A stretch of DNA of 64,000 nt from Protoeuglena noctilucae (Eukaryota). The translations under genes and the position numbers were made by a program. The notes beneath the pieces are model-generated. The model was not told where the DNA came from. It saw nothing but the letters and a program-made list of their open reading frames with translations, and ran no database searches. Of the stretch, positions 21,888-34,946 are shown piece by piece. Position 1 is the first letter of the stretch, and each line of letters starts with the position of its first letter. The stretch lies in contig OY253683.1 of assembly GCA_958009085.1 (NCBI GenBank), positions 496,001 through 560,000 on the forward strand, in the 5' to 3' direction.

Positions 21888-23877
21888 ATGACGAGGACAG
21901 TTGGCCGCCGCGCCCTCCGCGCCTTGCTCGGGGCCGCGGGGTGCGGGGATCGCGGCGGCATTCGATGCCTCGCGACAGAAGGTGTGTCGTTCACGCTGCT
22001 GGCTCCCTCCGCTGCTTCTGTGAGGCCACAGCTGGGCAGGGATGGGGGCAACACTCGGCTCCTCTCCTCGCCAGACCTGGGAGCGTCTGGGGAACACGCG
22101 ACCCCAATCTCCTTAACCCCATCGAACAGATCTTCTCTCCGCGCAGGCTGGGCGTCGCCGGCCACCGCTGCGCTCGCCCATCGGCGCTGGAGGCACTCGT
22201 GCGCAGCAGTTGCGCGGAGCCGAGCTGCGCGGGCGCCGATTCCTGCCGCGGCTTCGGCGTTGGCGATCGCGCGAAGCATAGCGTCGTCGCGGGTGGTCGA
22301 AGAGAGCAATCCGGGTCTGGCGGCGCGGAGCCCACCACCGCCCGAGCCTGAGCACCCGCCGGCTCACGGCGCGTCATCCGTCGAGCGCCCCACCGGCGGC
22401 GTCATCGACGGACGGGCGCTCGCCACTGCGTGGAAGGACGAGGTCGCGGCCAAGGTCGCGCACCTGCGGCGTTTCGGTGCCCGCCCGCCCGGGCTGGCGG
22501 TGGTCCTCCTGGGCAACCGCCCCGACAGCGTGCTGTACGTGCAGCGCAAGGAGGAGGCTGCGCGCGAGGTGGGCTTCGACTTCCGCGTCGAGCGGCTGCC
22601 CGAGGCGGTGACGCAGGGCGAGGTGCTGGCCACCGTGCGTCGCCTGTGCCGCGACCCGGCGGTGGACGGCGTCCTGGTGCAGCTGCCGCTCCCACCGCAC
22701 ATTGACGAGGAGGCCGTGATGGAGGCGTTCGATCCCCGGAAGGACGTGGACGGCTTCCACCCCGTAAACGTGGGGCGACTCGTGATGCGGGGCAGGTGCC
22801 CGCATGGACGCTGCGCTTGTGGTGATGTCGGAGCTGCCGGCCTGCGCACGCCATGAAAGTGTGTCTTCCGCCCCACTGATATGCAGGAGCTCCCTGCACG
22901 TGCCATGCACCCCGCTGGGCTGCCTGGAGATGCTGCGGAGGTCGGGGGTGGACGTCCGTGGGTCGCACGCCGTCATCGTCGGGGACTCCAACATCGTCGG
23001 CACGCCCCTCTCGATGCTCCTGCGGGACGCGGGCGCCGCGGCCGTCACCGTCTGCCACCGCGTCTCCACGCCCGCGCAGCCTATAGAGGGTTTCCATGCC
23101 CAAGAGGCGGAGCGGCGGGCGCAGGCGGGCGTCTGCCTACCCCGGACGCCCGGCCCGCGCCTCGCGCCGCGACTGCACGGCTCGCCGCGCGCCGTCCCGC
23201 GTCCTGCGGCGGCTGGCCTTGCAGGCGACACTGACTATCCCAGCATCGCCATGGCGGCACCCAGGAAGAAACACGACATGGAGGACGCTGGCACGTCGCG
23301 AGCGGGGTTCGCGAGGGACCTCCCGCGCATCACTGCACAGGTGACCAGCGCAGCCGCTGGGTGTCTCTGTGCCGATGTGAACAATGGGCTGTCCCTGCGA
23401 GGCTTGTCTATTCGTGTCACCCCCTGCCATCGCTTCTGCGCGGCTGGTCATCGCAGGCGGACATCCTCGTGGTTGCGATCGGGGAGCCCGAGCTGGTGCG
23501 GGGCGACTGGGTCAAGCCGGGGGCGGTGGTGCTGGATGTGGGCATCAACGTGGTGCCCCCGGAAACGGAGGGGGGGTCGACCGAGTCGGTGAGTGGCTAA
23601 TGACGTAAAAGGAGTCTGTAAGTCAAGCTAGTGTTGCGCTCGGGGCGCTGACTGGCCTGAACAGACAACGTGCTCATCGCAACCATTGCGTCTTTGTCGC
23701 TCCCAGGCGCATCACCACATCGTGGGCGACGTGGCGTTCGCGGAGGTCTCGCGTGTCGCGTCGCTCATCTCGCCCGTGCCCGGGGGTGTGGGCCCCATGA
23801 CCATCGCGGCGCTGCTGAGCAACACGCTTGAGAGCGCGCAGCTGGCCATGGGCCTTGCCGACATGGAGGGGTGGTAG
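21888..23877 (+). CDS. folD: Bifunctional methylenetetrahydrofolate dehydrogenase/cyclohydrolase (FolD) with organellar presequence
   Basis: [79 protein letters not shown]...[39 protein letters not shown]. Confidence 0.95.
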
Positions 23878-23960
23878 GAGACCGTTTGTTAGTCCGGGGC
23901 GCGGGCTAATCAGTGCGTCTAGCTTTTCCTTATTCAAATCTCCTTGCCAGTCATCCTGCG

Positions 23961-25982
23961 TCATGCTGCCGTCCCACCCAGCTCTCCGCCACTGCGGCTA
24001 GCTCGCCCAACCCCTGCACCCCACACTGGACCAGCAACTCGCCCAGCTGTCGTGCGGACCACGCCTCCTCCCGCCCCCAACCTGGGTCCCCACATGGGTC
24101 CCCAGTGACCCCCCCCCGATGCCATGGCGTCACGCCGAATCTCCTCAAACAAGGACGTCAGGGCCAGCAGGGCCGCGCAGGCGTGCTGGGCCTCCACCAA
24201 CGCCCACAGCACTTGTGCTCTGCTCCTGCTGTCGTTGCCCTCGCCCGTGCCCAGCTCTCCAGCATTCCCGAGCACGATCTCCCGCACGCGGCCGTGGTCG
24301 ACCTGGCCAAACCTCCAATCAAGGCCCCGGTGGGTGTCGGTGTCTTGCCCCAGGGCGTGGCTGCACATCCGTGACGCCTGCCCCGCTGCCGCTGCATCGT
24401 CTGTACCGCAGGTGTTGCGGCACCTGTCCCTCGCGTCCCCCTCCGCCGGGCACAGTTCGGCCAGCCGAGCCACGGCCTGCTCCGCCGCGTGCTGTACCAT
24501 GAGCCCCGCCTCACGCAAGTCCATCCCGGCATTGGCCGCCACATTCCGCTGGACCAGCGCCTGAAACTCCCAGGGCTCTGACAGCGCCCGGCAATCCTCA
24601 ATCGCCTCCCTCGCTCCCTGCATGGGATGAGCCAACGGCGCAGGGTCTGATACACCAATACCAGAGGGCTTGGCTGAGTTGAACTGGCACTCAGCCTGCG
24701 TGCCTTATGCCTCGTGTACAACACTCACGCGATACTCTTAGGCCAGGTGGTGCAGGACGTAGCGGATATTGAAAGCCGTGACCCAGTTGTGGTTGATGGA
24801 CAGCGTAGCGGCGGCGTTGTCGACCGTGTGGTGCCAGGCACTGGGGACAAACAGGGCGTCTCCAGGAAGCTGCGTCACGTCGAGCGTGAACTGACTCGCG
24901 GCCTCCAAGCACGGAAACCGCTTCAAGTCCCACCCTGGACTGTCAAGGTCCACGTCACCGCAGTCGCAGGGTGCCTCGCTGACCCCGCCTTCCTCCAGTG
25001 CCGCCTCCACATCCCCCGCACGCAACCGCCGTGGCCCAGAGTCGGGGCCCTTCCTCGTTGCGCGTGCCACGGCTGCCCGTAGGGCCACGCCGCGCGGGCA
25101 TGCTCCCCGGTGTTTGGGGGCAAACCCGGGCGCGAGCTGCCCGTGGGCGTCCACGAGGAGCCACGAGAGCGAGGGGTGCGCCATGCGCCACCGCTTGACG
25201 CCCGTGACGTTGGCCGACCAGCTGTTGGAGCGCAGCACGTCTGAATGGAGCGGGGTGCCCGTGCCGCGGGGCCCTAGGTACACGAACCGATAGTCGGCCA
25301 CTCGATGCCCCCGGTCATCAGCAGCGCGACGGGGGCACAGGAGGTAGGCGTTGAGCCAGTCGTGTTGGAAGTAGCACGGGAGCCCGTAGATTGGGGCGCC
25401 GGGATGGGAGCGCGCCGACTCGGCCGCCAGGTGCCAGTCCTGCGCATCAGGTGCCGCTGTGTGAAGAGGGTGAGTAATAGAGAACCTAAGAGAGATTCCT
25501 TACTACGGAGCACTCGTGCAGGGTAAGGGTAGGTAGCGCACCTTGACGTAAAGCAGCGGGTACGTGGTGGGCTCCCTCTCTGCCCCTTTCCACCAGCGGG
25601 CGTACTCCTCGAGTTGCATCTCATTGCACTCCCCTCCCAGGCCGCCTGGCCCGGTGCAGACCGTCACGGGGACGACGGAGCGGCCGAAGGAAGCGGCGAG
25701 GGCGTCCATGGCCACGCCCGGGATGGTGACATCGTCGCGATCAGCTCCCCATCGCTGCGGCTGACTGGCGTCCGTCCATGCCCGGGAGCACGGCCAGGGG
25801 CTCGCCACGCCCTTCAGGAGCACGGGATGGTTGCCGTCGAGGTAGCGAAGGAAGTCTTGGTACGATGCATTGGCGGGGAGCTCCTCCAACTCGCTTGGTG
25901 CTTGGAGGAACTGGAAGTCGGGATCATCGCGCCCGCCTCCCTCTGCCTGCATGGCAGGGGCTCGCTTTGAGGTTCTGCGCAT
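23961..25982 (-). CDS. JMJD4: JmjC 2-oxoglutarate/Fe oxygenase, JMJD4/JMJ20-like; in-frame TAA at 24738-24740 (possible nonsense allele, error or readthrough)
   Basis: LYVK|DWHL, YFQHDWLN, DYRFVYLGPRGTGTPLHSDVLRSNSWSANVTGVKRW (HxD), PGDALFVPSAWHHTVDN (distal His), SINHNW; downstream exon EAIEDCR...QRNVAANAGMD. Start at 25982 or 25952. Confidence 0.85.
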
Positions 25983-26526
25983 CGCAGGCTCGCCCGGCCT
26001 CTTTTCTGTGCCATCCGCGCGCCCTGTCACCTTGGCATCGACCGGTGGGATCGGATTAATAAAGCCGTCGTCGATGTGTCGATGCGGCCCTCTGAGGAGC
26101 AGGGAGTGAGCAGTCGCTTCGCTCACGCACGCGGGAGAGCCAACGAGCATGCCCAAGTGCGTGGCCGATCCATTGCAAAGGAGCATGTGCTGCAGTCGTA
26201 CAACCATACACGTCCTAAGCCCCCCCCTTGATGTCCAAGCTGGCACGCACGCGTCAGCGTGCATGCGTGTCAGACGGCTCGGAAAAGACGCAGCTGCGGC
26301 GATTCCAGGGCAGTGCAAATGAACCGTCCCGTCGAACCTGACGTGCTCGGTACCTGTTCTTGGGACGGATTCCCTGTCAGTCCGCAGGGCGATTTGATTT
26401 CTGCGCGGCTCGTGACTGCGCGAATTCCGCGTCGACAGACGCATATAGAGCGATGGGGCATCCGATCTGAGAATTTGTGACTGCAACATTGCTCGGGACG
26501 CGCCCTGCTCGCCCTGAGCAGCGGAG

Positions 26527-29500
26527 ATGGCGCGCGCCGGGCCGCTCCTGGCGGTGTGGGACGCGGCGGGGACCGGGGCGCGCTCCGTTTGGGTCGCGGC
26601 CAGCTGCGCCGCTGCCGGCGCGGCATGGTCGACCCAGAACGTCTTCCACCAGGCAGGAGCCAGTGATTCTGCCGCGGCTGCGCCCGGGGAGCCCCGGGTC
26701 CCCAGCTCCCCGCCCATCCCCCACGCCAGCGGCCCCGCGCCGCCTCTCCGCGTGCGTTGGTGGGCGCCCCTTTACGAGATTTCCTCTTCGGGAGTCTACG
26801 ACGCCATCGCGGGCAGCCTGAGCGGCCTGGCCGTGGCGCTAGGAGCGTCGCCACGGCTTCAAGACGCAGCAACGAGCGCTGCCGGCGCCGACGGGATGCT
26901 TGCGGCCGACGAAGCCGCGGGAACTCCCACGGGCGCTCGGGGCACTGCGGAGGAGGGGGCGGAGGCTGTCGAGGTGGAGTGGGGCGAGTGGCTCCCGGTC
27001 CTCTCGGGATGCGGCCTCGGCTGTCAGTTAACGCGGGCGCTCAAGCGCGTCGCCGAAAGCGACCGGTGGGCGCCCCTGGCTCTGAAGGCGTCCGGTGGGC
27101 ATCTCGTCGCCCGGTTCACGGCGGGGATCCTTCGCCCAGACAGCGTGCCCCAGACGAGGGAGCACGCGCGTGCGGGGCTGGTGGCTCTGCTGCGACGGAC
27201 AGAGACAGGCAAGGGGGCTAAAAGGTCTAAGAGTCAGTTGTGAAGGGGTAGCCTGTGCCCGTAAGGGCAGACCGTGCCTGTGCCATGCACCATGCACTGA
27301 CCCAGCTACCACCCTGCCATCGCAGGGGAGTATGTGTTGAGCCGCGGCGACCGCCTGCCGGACCTCCTCAAGGTCCTGGCGGAGGACGAGGTGTCTGGGG
27401 GTCTCGGGGTGGCGCTGATCGACCGCATTCGGGACGCTGGGCTCCGAGTGCACGCGGCGACGCTTCCTTCTGAGGCTGAGTTGCAGCAGGTCGTGGAGAT
27501 GGCTGGAAACCCGGTGAGTGGTTCGCGAGAGCACGCAAGACCCTGCTGCACGCTGCGAGGGGTGCAGTGCGGTGTGCTTTGGGGTGATGTCAGGTGGCAG
27601 GGACTGTTCAGGCATGTCAAAGCCCCGCATGGCCGCTCTTTACGACACATCCTTCCCTGGGCGTCCCCATCGCAGAAGGTCGGGGCGCTGGCGCGAGAGG
27701 CGGCTGCATGGGCGCTGTGGCTGTGGGCGGGGAGCTCCGTGGCTGCGGCACACGCAGCCGCCAAGGCCGGGGCGGCGGAGATCCTGGTCGCTAACGCGTC
27801 CAAAGCTGCGCCCCGGAATGGGACGGACCGCGCGGCGGAGAAACAGGCCAGCGCCCCGCTGGGCCTGCAGCTGCGGTCGGCCCAGGCGCTGCGCGCGGTG
27901 CTGGGGTCCTGTCCGGGGCTGGGGACTCCCCAGCAGCGTCTCGAATGGCTGACGGCGCTGGCGGCGTCGGCATCCGCGTCGCACCGCGGTGGGTGGGACG
28001 CCGTGGCTGCGGCGAACGTCGAGGCCGCGTCTTCGTGCTTGATGACGCACCCGTGCTTTGTGGGCCTCGCGCGGGGCAGCGTGGAGGCGTCCGTGGCCCG
28101 GAACCTCGACGTTGCGTTGCGGGGCCTGCCCAAGCGGTGGCTGGAGCTGGCGCAGTCAAAGGACGCCGACCTGCGGGCTGCGGTGGCGGGGGCCTTCCTT
28201 GTCATGTCGGCCATCACCGGCGGAGTGTTTGCGGAGGTGAGCCTGGCTGGTTACGGCGATTGCTGAGCATGCATGGATTGCCTTGGCATTGCACCATGCG
28301 CACAAGGCCACGCAAACCGGGTTCGGCGGTACAGCACTGCGCCTGAACCAACGAGCACCTTCATGCCCCCTGCTCCCAGGTCGGGCAAGGGGCGGTCGAC
28401 GCAGGGCGCATCGGAGACGCGCTCCTGCCCTGGGCTTTGGCGGGAGGGAACACGCGGGTGCAGGCGGCTGCCGGGGCCGCGCTGGCCGGGCTGAGTTCAC
28501 TGGAGGGACTTTTCGGGCAGGAAATGGCGCACAGGTATGCGGCTGTATGCATGTCGGCTGCTGCAACATGGACCCTGTCACCTGGCGCGCTCAGCTCAGC
28601 GCAAACGGTGGTCTCGCCGCAGGTGGCTGGCGGCTTTGCTCAATCGTGCGGCAGACCTGTCGCTGGCTGCCGTGGAAAGAGCCGAGCAGGGCACCGGCCC
28701 TGCGGTGGCGGGCGCACCCAGGAGCAAGCTCCTGAGGGACATGCGAGTGGATGAGGCGCAGAGGGCCAAGGAAGCTGCAGCGACGCTGGCGAGTGCTATG
28801 ACTACGACCACGCGTGCGCACCTGCATGTCCCGCTCTGGACCTTTAGCAACTGCCTTTGCGCTTCTTGCATGCACTGGTCTGGTTCTCACTCACCGGGTG
28901 CCTCTGTGCTTTCCCCAGGTCCGCTCGTGCCGTGTGGTGCCCGTGCCTCGCGAGCCGCCGCCGAACGAGGAGCAGATGCAGCGCCCCTGGGACCTGGCGG
29001 AGTCCCCTCGCGCCGTGACGCCCGCTCCCCGCGCGTCGATCGAGGAGCAGGCGACGGCAGCCCTGACGCTGCTGGGGGACCTGGCGGGGGACCAGCAGTC
29101 ACTGCAGGAAGAGCTCATCGAAGCAGGGCTGCCGGTGCTGGTGCAGTGCTTGCTCGCGCGGGGCATGGAGGCGGCCGCGGGGGCGGACGGGGGCGGCGCG
29201 GCGCTGCTGCGCAACCGCCAGGTCTCGCGACTGCTGGCCACGCTCTGCCTCCACCACCCGACGCACCGCCTTCTGCTCGCGTCCCCGTTGCTGCCCTGGC
29301 TCCGCCGCGCGTCGGTCGAGGACGACAGCTTCGTGTCCAGCAGCGCCACCCGCGCCCTCCTGCACCTCGCCTATCCGGTGGGTGCACCCGCGAACCCTCA
29401 AGTGGCCCAGCCAGGGGCATGGGAGGCCCTCGCGCGGCTGCGATCCTGGTGGAACGCCAGTCCCGTCGGGGAGGCCCTGGACGATGCGATCGAGCGCATG

Positions 29501-30762
29501 ACAGATGACCATGGGGCCGGGCTGCCTCCGGTGTACCTGGATGGGACGCACCTCGTCAACCCCAAGGCGCGCCACCACCGCACGCTGGGGGCCAAGGGCC
29601 GGGGGGCGCCCGCCCCGGACGGCCCCGCGTTTGATATCGTGTTCGTGCACGGGCTGATGGGCGATGCCTTCCGCACCTGGCGCATGCGGTCGTACCACCC
29701 CGGGTGGGGTTTTGGGGCCTACGCCATGCCGCACGACCAGGTTTGGCCGTCGGCGTGGCTGCAAGCGGACTTCCCGAACGCGAGGGTGCTTTCGTACGAG
29801 TACAGCGCGCCCATGGGGTACAAATGGTTCACCGGTGAGACCTGTGAGGGGTGGCAGGGGGCGATGAGCAGCAACGGTGCTTTCCAGGGTGCCCGGGAAG
29901 CATGAGATGCAGGTAGCAGTTGTCAGCTACTCCTTCTGTGTTTGCACTGATCACGGCTGCTGACCGTTGATGGGCGGTGCTGTGCGCAGGACAGTCGGCC
30001 GGTTTCTTCCCATCGGTAGAGGAGCTCGCATTGGCCATGACGCGCAAGCTCCAGGCAGCTGGCGTCGGCGAGCGGCCCGTGGTGTTCGTCACCCATTCGC
30101 TGGGTGGCATTATCGTCAAGCAGGCGCTCGTGGCGTCCGCCCAGAGCGCCGCGTTGGGCACGCACGGTGCGGCCATGATGACCACGGAGCCGCCCCTGTC
30201 CAAGCTCGCCGAGCGCGCCCGCGGCGTCGCTTTCTACTCCGTCCCGCACTTTGGGGCGTGGACGGCGGGGCTGGGGTCCTGGACGGCCGGGCCGCTGAGG
30301 TGCGTGGCTTGCTTGCAGCGAGCTCGTCGGGTGCCTTGGTGAGCACTGCCGCAGCCCGGCCCACCTCCACCGCCGCTCCTGGCACGCAGGGCGCTCGGGA
30401 CGGGCCCGTCGGATGCGATTGAGGTCCTGGCCCCGGGTCAGCCGCTGGAGGCGCTGAATGCGCAGTTCCGGCGCATGACGAAGCGCCCCGAGGGCCTCGG
30501 CGTCCTCAGCTTCCTGGAGGGCCAGCGGACCAACATTCCCGTGGGCCCGGGACACCTGGGATTCGAGGTGGTCCCGATGGAAAGCGCCTACCCGGGGTAC
30601 GGCCGCTACGTCGTGATGGAGTCGGACGACCACGTGAGCATCGCCAAGCCGCCGTCGCGGGACGCGGCGTCCTACCAGGCGCTCGTTCGCTTCATCGCGG
30701 AGGTTGCCGGGACGGACCCCGCGCCGCCGAACGAAGTGTACGCGTTGGGTGCGGGTGCCTGA
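26527..30762 (+). CDS. SERAC1-like alpha/beta hydrolase with long helical (ARM-like) N-terminus
   Basis: FDIVFVHGLMGDAFRTWR, WPSAWLQADFPNARVLSYEY, KLQAAGVGERPVVFVTHSLGGIIVKQAL (nucleophile elbow), FYSVPHFG, VVPMESAYPGYG, DHVSIAKP. Intron 27209-27325 is GC-AG. Middle exons approximate. Confidence 0.85.
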
Positions 30763-31209
30763 CGCCAGTGCCGCGGCGGCCGCCAGAGTTTTGGCACGAG
30801 AGGGCGGCTGTTTGCAGTCATCTCTCCTGCAATAGCCGCATGCATCCTGAGCTCCGTGCTGTATGCGTAGACAAGTGTGACTGTCAAGAATTCCGGACCT
30901 TCGCCCCCACGTCCATCGCTTGAATCTCTTGTCGCTGCACCGACCTCCTCTGCGTATCGCTTACGCCGGTGACTGCACAGCGTGCGCTTGGCGACTTCTG
31001 CTAGCCCTCCTCACGTTGCAATCCGCTGCATCCACGAGTTCTTGACGTTTTGTGGATGCTCGGGTCGCCCCGTTAACAACGCAGCGAGCGATGGCTAACG
31101 GGGGTGCACTTCCGGCGGCCAAAGTCGCAATTCGGTTCCTTTCATTGCACGCAGCTAGGGAGCGTCGCGCCGCTGGGGTCCGGCCCACAACGAGGCTGGA
31201 CGAGCCAAA

Positions 31210-34200
31210 ATGAGGCGGTCTCCTGTGAGTGGCGCCCCGACTGCGTAATTGGAACGCTTGCGGCTGATGGATGTTATCACATGACAATGCTACTTGGGTG
31301 TTTCTCTCGCAGGCCCGTAATCAGCTCAGGGGCGGCGCTAAGGGGCGGTGGGCCCCGTCGCCGACACGATCGGACGCAAAGAAGTCCCCGCGCGCGACGC
31401 CAGGGCCCGTCCGCGCGCTGGAGGTGTCCATGGCAAGAGACGACGACGTGCTGTTCCCCATGTCTCCCATGGTCCCCATGTCTGCTCTGGCGAAGAAAGC
31501 GGATGGCCAGGTGATGGCGAAGCCAGGCCGCCTGTCCCCCCCTGAGCTGTCCTCCCTGGTTAGTCCCCGTGTCTGTAGCAGGCATAGCTCCGCTCTGATG
31601 CACCGGCCGCTACTTGGCACCGCAGGGCACCACGGTCGAACCATCGCCGATCTGTGTGTCCCCTCGGATACGTCGCACAATGTCTTCGCCCACGCCAGTG
31701 GAGGGGACCAAGAAGGGCCGCGTGTCCTGGTCTGACCAGGCGCACGTGCCGGTCGCTGGCGAGGGGCAGCCCGGCCAGCAAGACGGGGACGGAAAGGGCA
31801 GCAACGAGGTCCCCTCCTCACCTCTGCCAAATGGGGCCGAGCGCGACTTAGCAGCCTCCCCGACCCCAGCAGACCTGAGTGGCGACAGAAATGAGGTGAG
31901 ACCTCACGGTGTAGGGTCTGCAAGCTATGTCTGCCGACTACCCCGACAGATTCCCCTCGCTCTCTGCACGGTGGCCCCGCAGGAACCCAAGACCGATGTG
32001 AAGGTTCCCGACAACGCCGCACCGACTGCCCAGGTCACCGCCACGGCAGCGACCACGCAGGCGACCACGCAAGCGACGCCATCGCGACTCGAGGACCAGT
32101 CCCTTGAGGCGAGTGGCATCCCTCACCACAAGCACCTCATGTCGCCACATGCTAAGACAAATCACCCCTCCCAACCTCGCTCTTGCCGCCCTGCGACCTG
32201 CAGATCAGCTTCGGCGAGGCGTCCCTGCGCATCAAGGTGCCCGCGTCCCTCGGCTGGGCTGCGTCGGGAGACCTGTGCCTGTCCGTGCCGCGTTCCGTGG
32301 TGCAGAGGGCAGCCCAGGGCACCCCCTTCACTGCGGCCATCGCTGCCCTGGCACCCATCCACCCCGAGTGCAGGCAAGAAAGCTTCCCTGGCCATCCACC
32401 GTAGCGCAGTCGCTGTCCAATGCCGTTGAGTGTAGGCAATGCTGCTGTGCAAACACCATCTCTGTATTCCTTCCCGCAGCACTCTGGCCCCTACGCCCGC
32501 GATGCACGGGTCACGGAGCTTCGGGATGGGCGGGGACCTGATGGAAACGCCCGCTTCGGCTGGCCTCTGGACGCCCGCCGACCCGTCCCCAGGCACCGCG
32601 GGACCGTCGCTTGCGCCCAACGCGCTGGCCGCAGGTGAGTCGCTGCACTTGCGCTGCACCTGCGCCTTTCCTTTGTGTCCCATCGCGCACGTTGTGACAC
32701 GCGGCCCCTGGAGCGCACGCAGGGACAGAAACGTCTGGCAGCTTCTCGTTCGTCTCTGCGACTCTGTGCGTCGCCTCGCCTTCCCTCATGGCCAACACCC
32801 CCTGGGTTTGCGGCACCCCGGGGCCCCTCGTGGGTGCCACCCCAGAAACCGGCTTCAAAGCGCCAGGCCAGTACCCCCACTTCGGCGGCAAGGTCCGCCC
32901 AGCGCAGGCGGGCGCAGCGACCACGCCGGCTCAGGCCGCGACGGCGGCAGAGGCCGCCACGCCGGGAGGCCAGGGCGCTTCCCACCGCAACGACGGGCAG
33001 ACGGAGGATGCGCGCACGCCCCACGACGCCAGTGCCTTTTCCTTCCCGTCCCAGCTGTCCCCAGTCGTCGCGACCCTCCCGGCCGGCTGGACGCGGCCCC
33101 CCGCGGCAGCTACTCCGGCTGCTCGCTGCCAGAGAGCTGCAGGTGACGGACTGTCGTCTCGAACGACGGAGGGGGCCCGGGGCGACGGCGAGGGAGCCGG
33201 GGCGTGTCCCAGCGCAGATGCGAGGGCGTGCGTGGACGGGCTGAGCGGCGCCCGGGTGGTTGCGGACGTGGATGCCGCCCACGCTGAGGGAGACGGGGAC
33301 CTCTCGGTGGTCATCCCCCGGGCGCTGTTCAACCAGCTGTCGGGCGCTGGGGTCGTTGTCACGGTGCCCGCGGATGCGGTCGAGGGGGCGCTGAAGGAGG
33401 CTGCGGGGACTGGGAAGGACGAGGCGTGCCGGGGCATGTCCGAGGAGGGGGGAGAGGCAGGGGCAGAGGTGGATGGGGGTTGCGCAGGGGCTGAGGAGGG
33501 TATCGATGCGGCAGGGCAGGGGCTAACAGACCAGGATGGGGAGGAGGGCGTCGTGGTGGGGCGGGCCGTGGGTGGGCGGGCGATGTACGACGCGGCGGTG
33601 GTGGCGCGGCTGCGGGCTGTGGCTCGCAAGTACAAAGCAGCGGCGCAGCAGGCAGCGGCGCGCGTGCGGCGTCTCGAGGCCAAGTGCCTGCGCCTGGCTG
33701 CCAAGAACCGTGCCGTGAATGCGGAGGCGGGGACTGGGAAGGGCAAGGGCGGGGTGTCTGGGGCCGAAGGGGTGGCCTGCCCCACCCCGGTGCGCCTGAC
33801 GCTGAGGGTGGAGGAGGTGGCTGCGCAGGCCAAGACCCCAGTGCGCGTGGCGCTGAACGTCCTGCCCCGCGTGCCCGCGGCAGACTGCGCCACGCAGGTG
33901 ACGCCGCTGCGGGGGGCCACGGAGGCTGCCGCGCAGACAGCGGCGGAGGAGCAGGCCCCGGGTGTCGAGGAGGCCGCGCTGATGACCCCCGCGGTCAGCC
34001 GCAAGCGGGCGAGGCCGCTGCCGACGCCGGCGTCCGCGGCCAGCTTCGGGCCGGTCGCGAGGGCGGGGCGCGCCAGCCGCGGAACCCGCTCGATGGCCGC
34101 GGTTGCGGAAGAGCAGGCGGCGCGGGCCGACGACGCGAGGGGCCGGAGCAGGCAGGCGGGGAACGGGGCCAGCGACAGCAACGCGTGTGGGGAGGGCGCG

Positions 34201-34675
34201 GGTGCTAGTGGCGTTGGCGGGACTGGGAAGGGCGTTGGCAGGAAGCGGGCAAGGGAGGTCACGGAGGCGGGCGTGGAGGGGAGCTGCAGGTCGGCAGGCG
34301 CGCGGGGCTCCAAGCGTGCGAGGGCAGAGAGCACGAGGGAGTCCGGGTGGCGCCGCGCTGAGTGCGAGGAGGCACCGGGGCCGGGGGTGGCGTCGCCCGT
34401 GGCGTCCGGCATGTCGCTGCGGAGCGGCAAGAGCTGCGCCGCGCACCACGCGAGCGCCGCAGGGTGCGTGGAGGGCGGGTCCCGTGCCACGTCGCGCGCG
34501 TCCCGGGGCGCATCCCACAGCACGGCAGCGGGGGAGGGCGGCCCTACCAGGTGGGTGCTGGAGCGGGACAAGCTGGCCTGGCTCTGCAGGCCACGCATGT
34601 CATCTGTTGGGCCTGGGATCTGAAGTGGCCGTGGTTGTCGTTGCATGCAGGCGCAGCACCAGGTCCAGGAGGTGA
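31210..34675 (+). CDS. Uncharacterised low-complexity protein with many SP/TP sites, short coiled coil and basic NLS-like motifs
   Basis: Phase-compatible exons from MRRSP|ARNQLRGG... through long exon ~32742-34550 (RLRAVARKYKAAAQQAAARVRRLEAKCLRLAAKN; RKRAR twice) to |RSTRSRR*. No recognised domain. Confidence 0.55.
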
Positions 34676-34946
34676 AGGGCGCCGTGGGACGCTGGTGGAT
34701 GGCATCGCAGATGCAGATGAGAGAGCGTGTGGCAGGCGGTGGAGATCGGCTGCCCATGACAGGATGTGAATGATTTGAATCCGTTGACGACGAAACTACT
34801 GCAAACTACTACTACAAAGTGCATCTGCGCAAACGGATATGCTGCTGCTGGTCCGCCCATCTGTCCACCTGTCGTGCTCTGCCAGTACCTGCCCATGTTC
34901 GCCTATCTGCCACGCCTGGTTACCCAAATGTCTGCTCTCTGCGTCA

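Noticed and set aside
24738..24740. Non-standard genetic code (TAA/TAG = Gln, as in some ulvophytes)
   Set aside because: AspAT ends at its conserved C-terminus with TAA, TMEM14 and FolD end in TAG, and the multi-kb exons contain no in-frame TAR.
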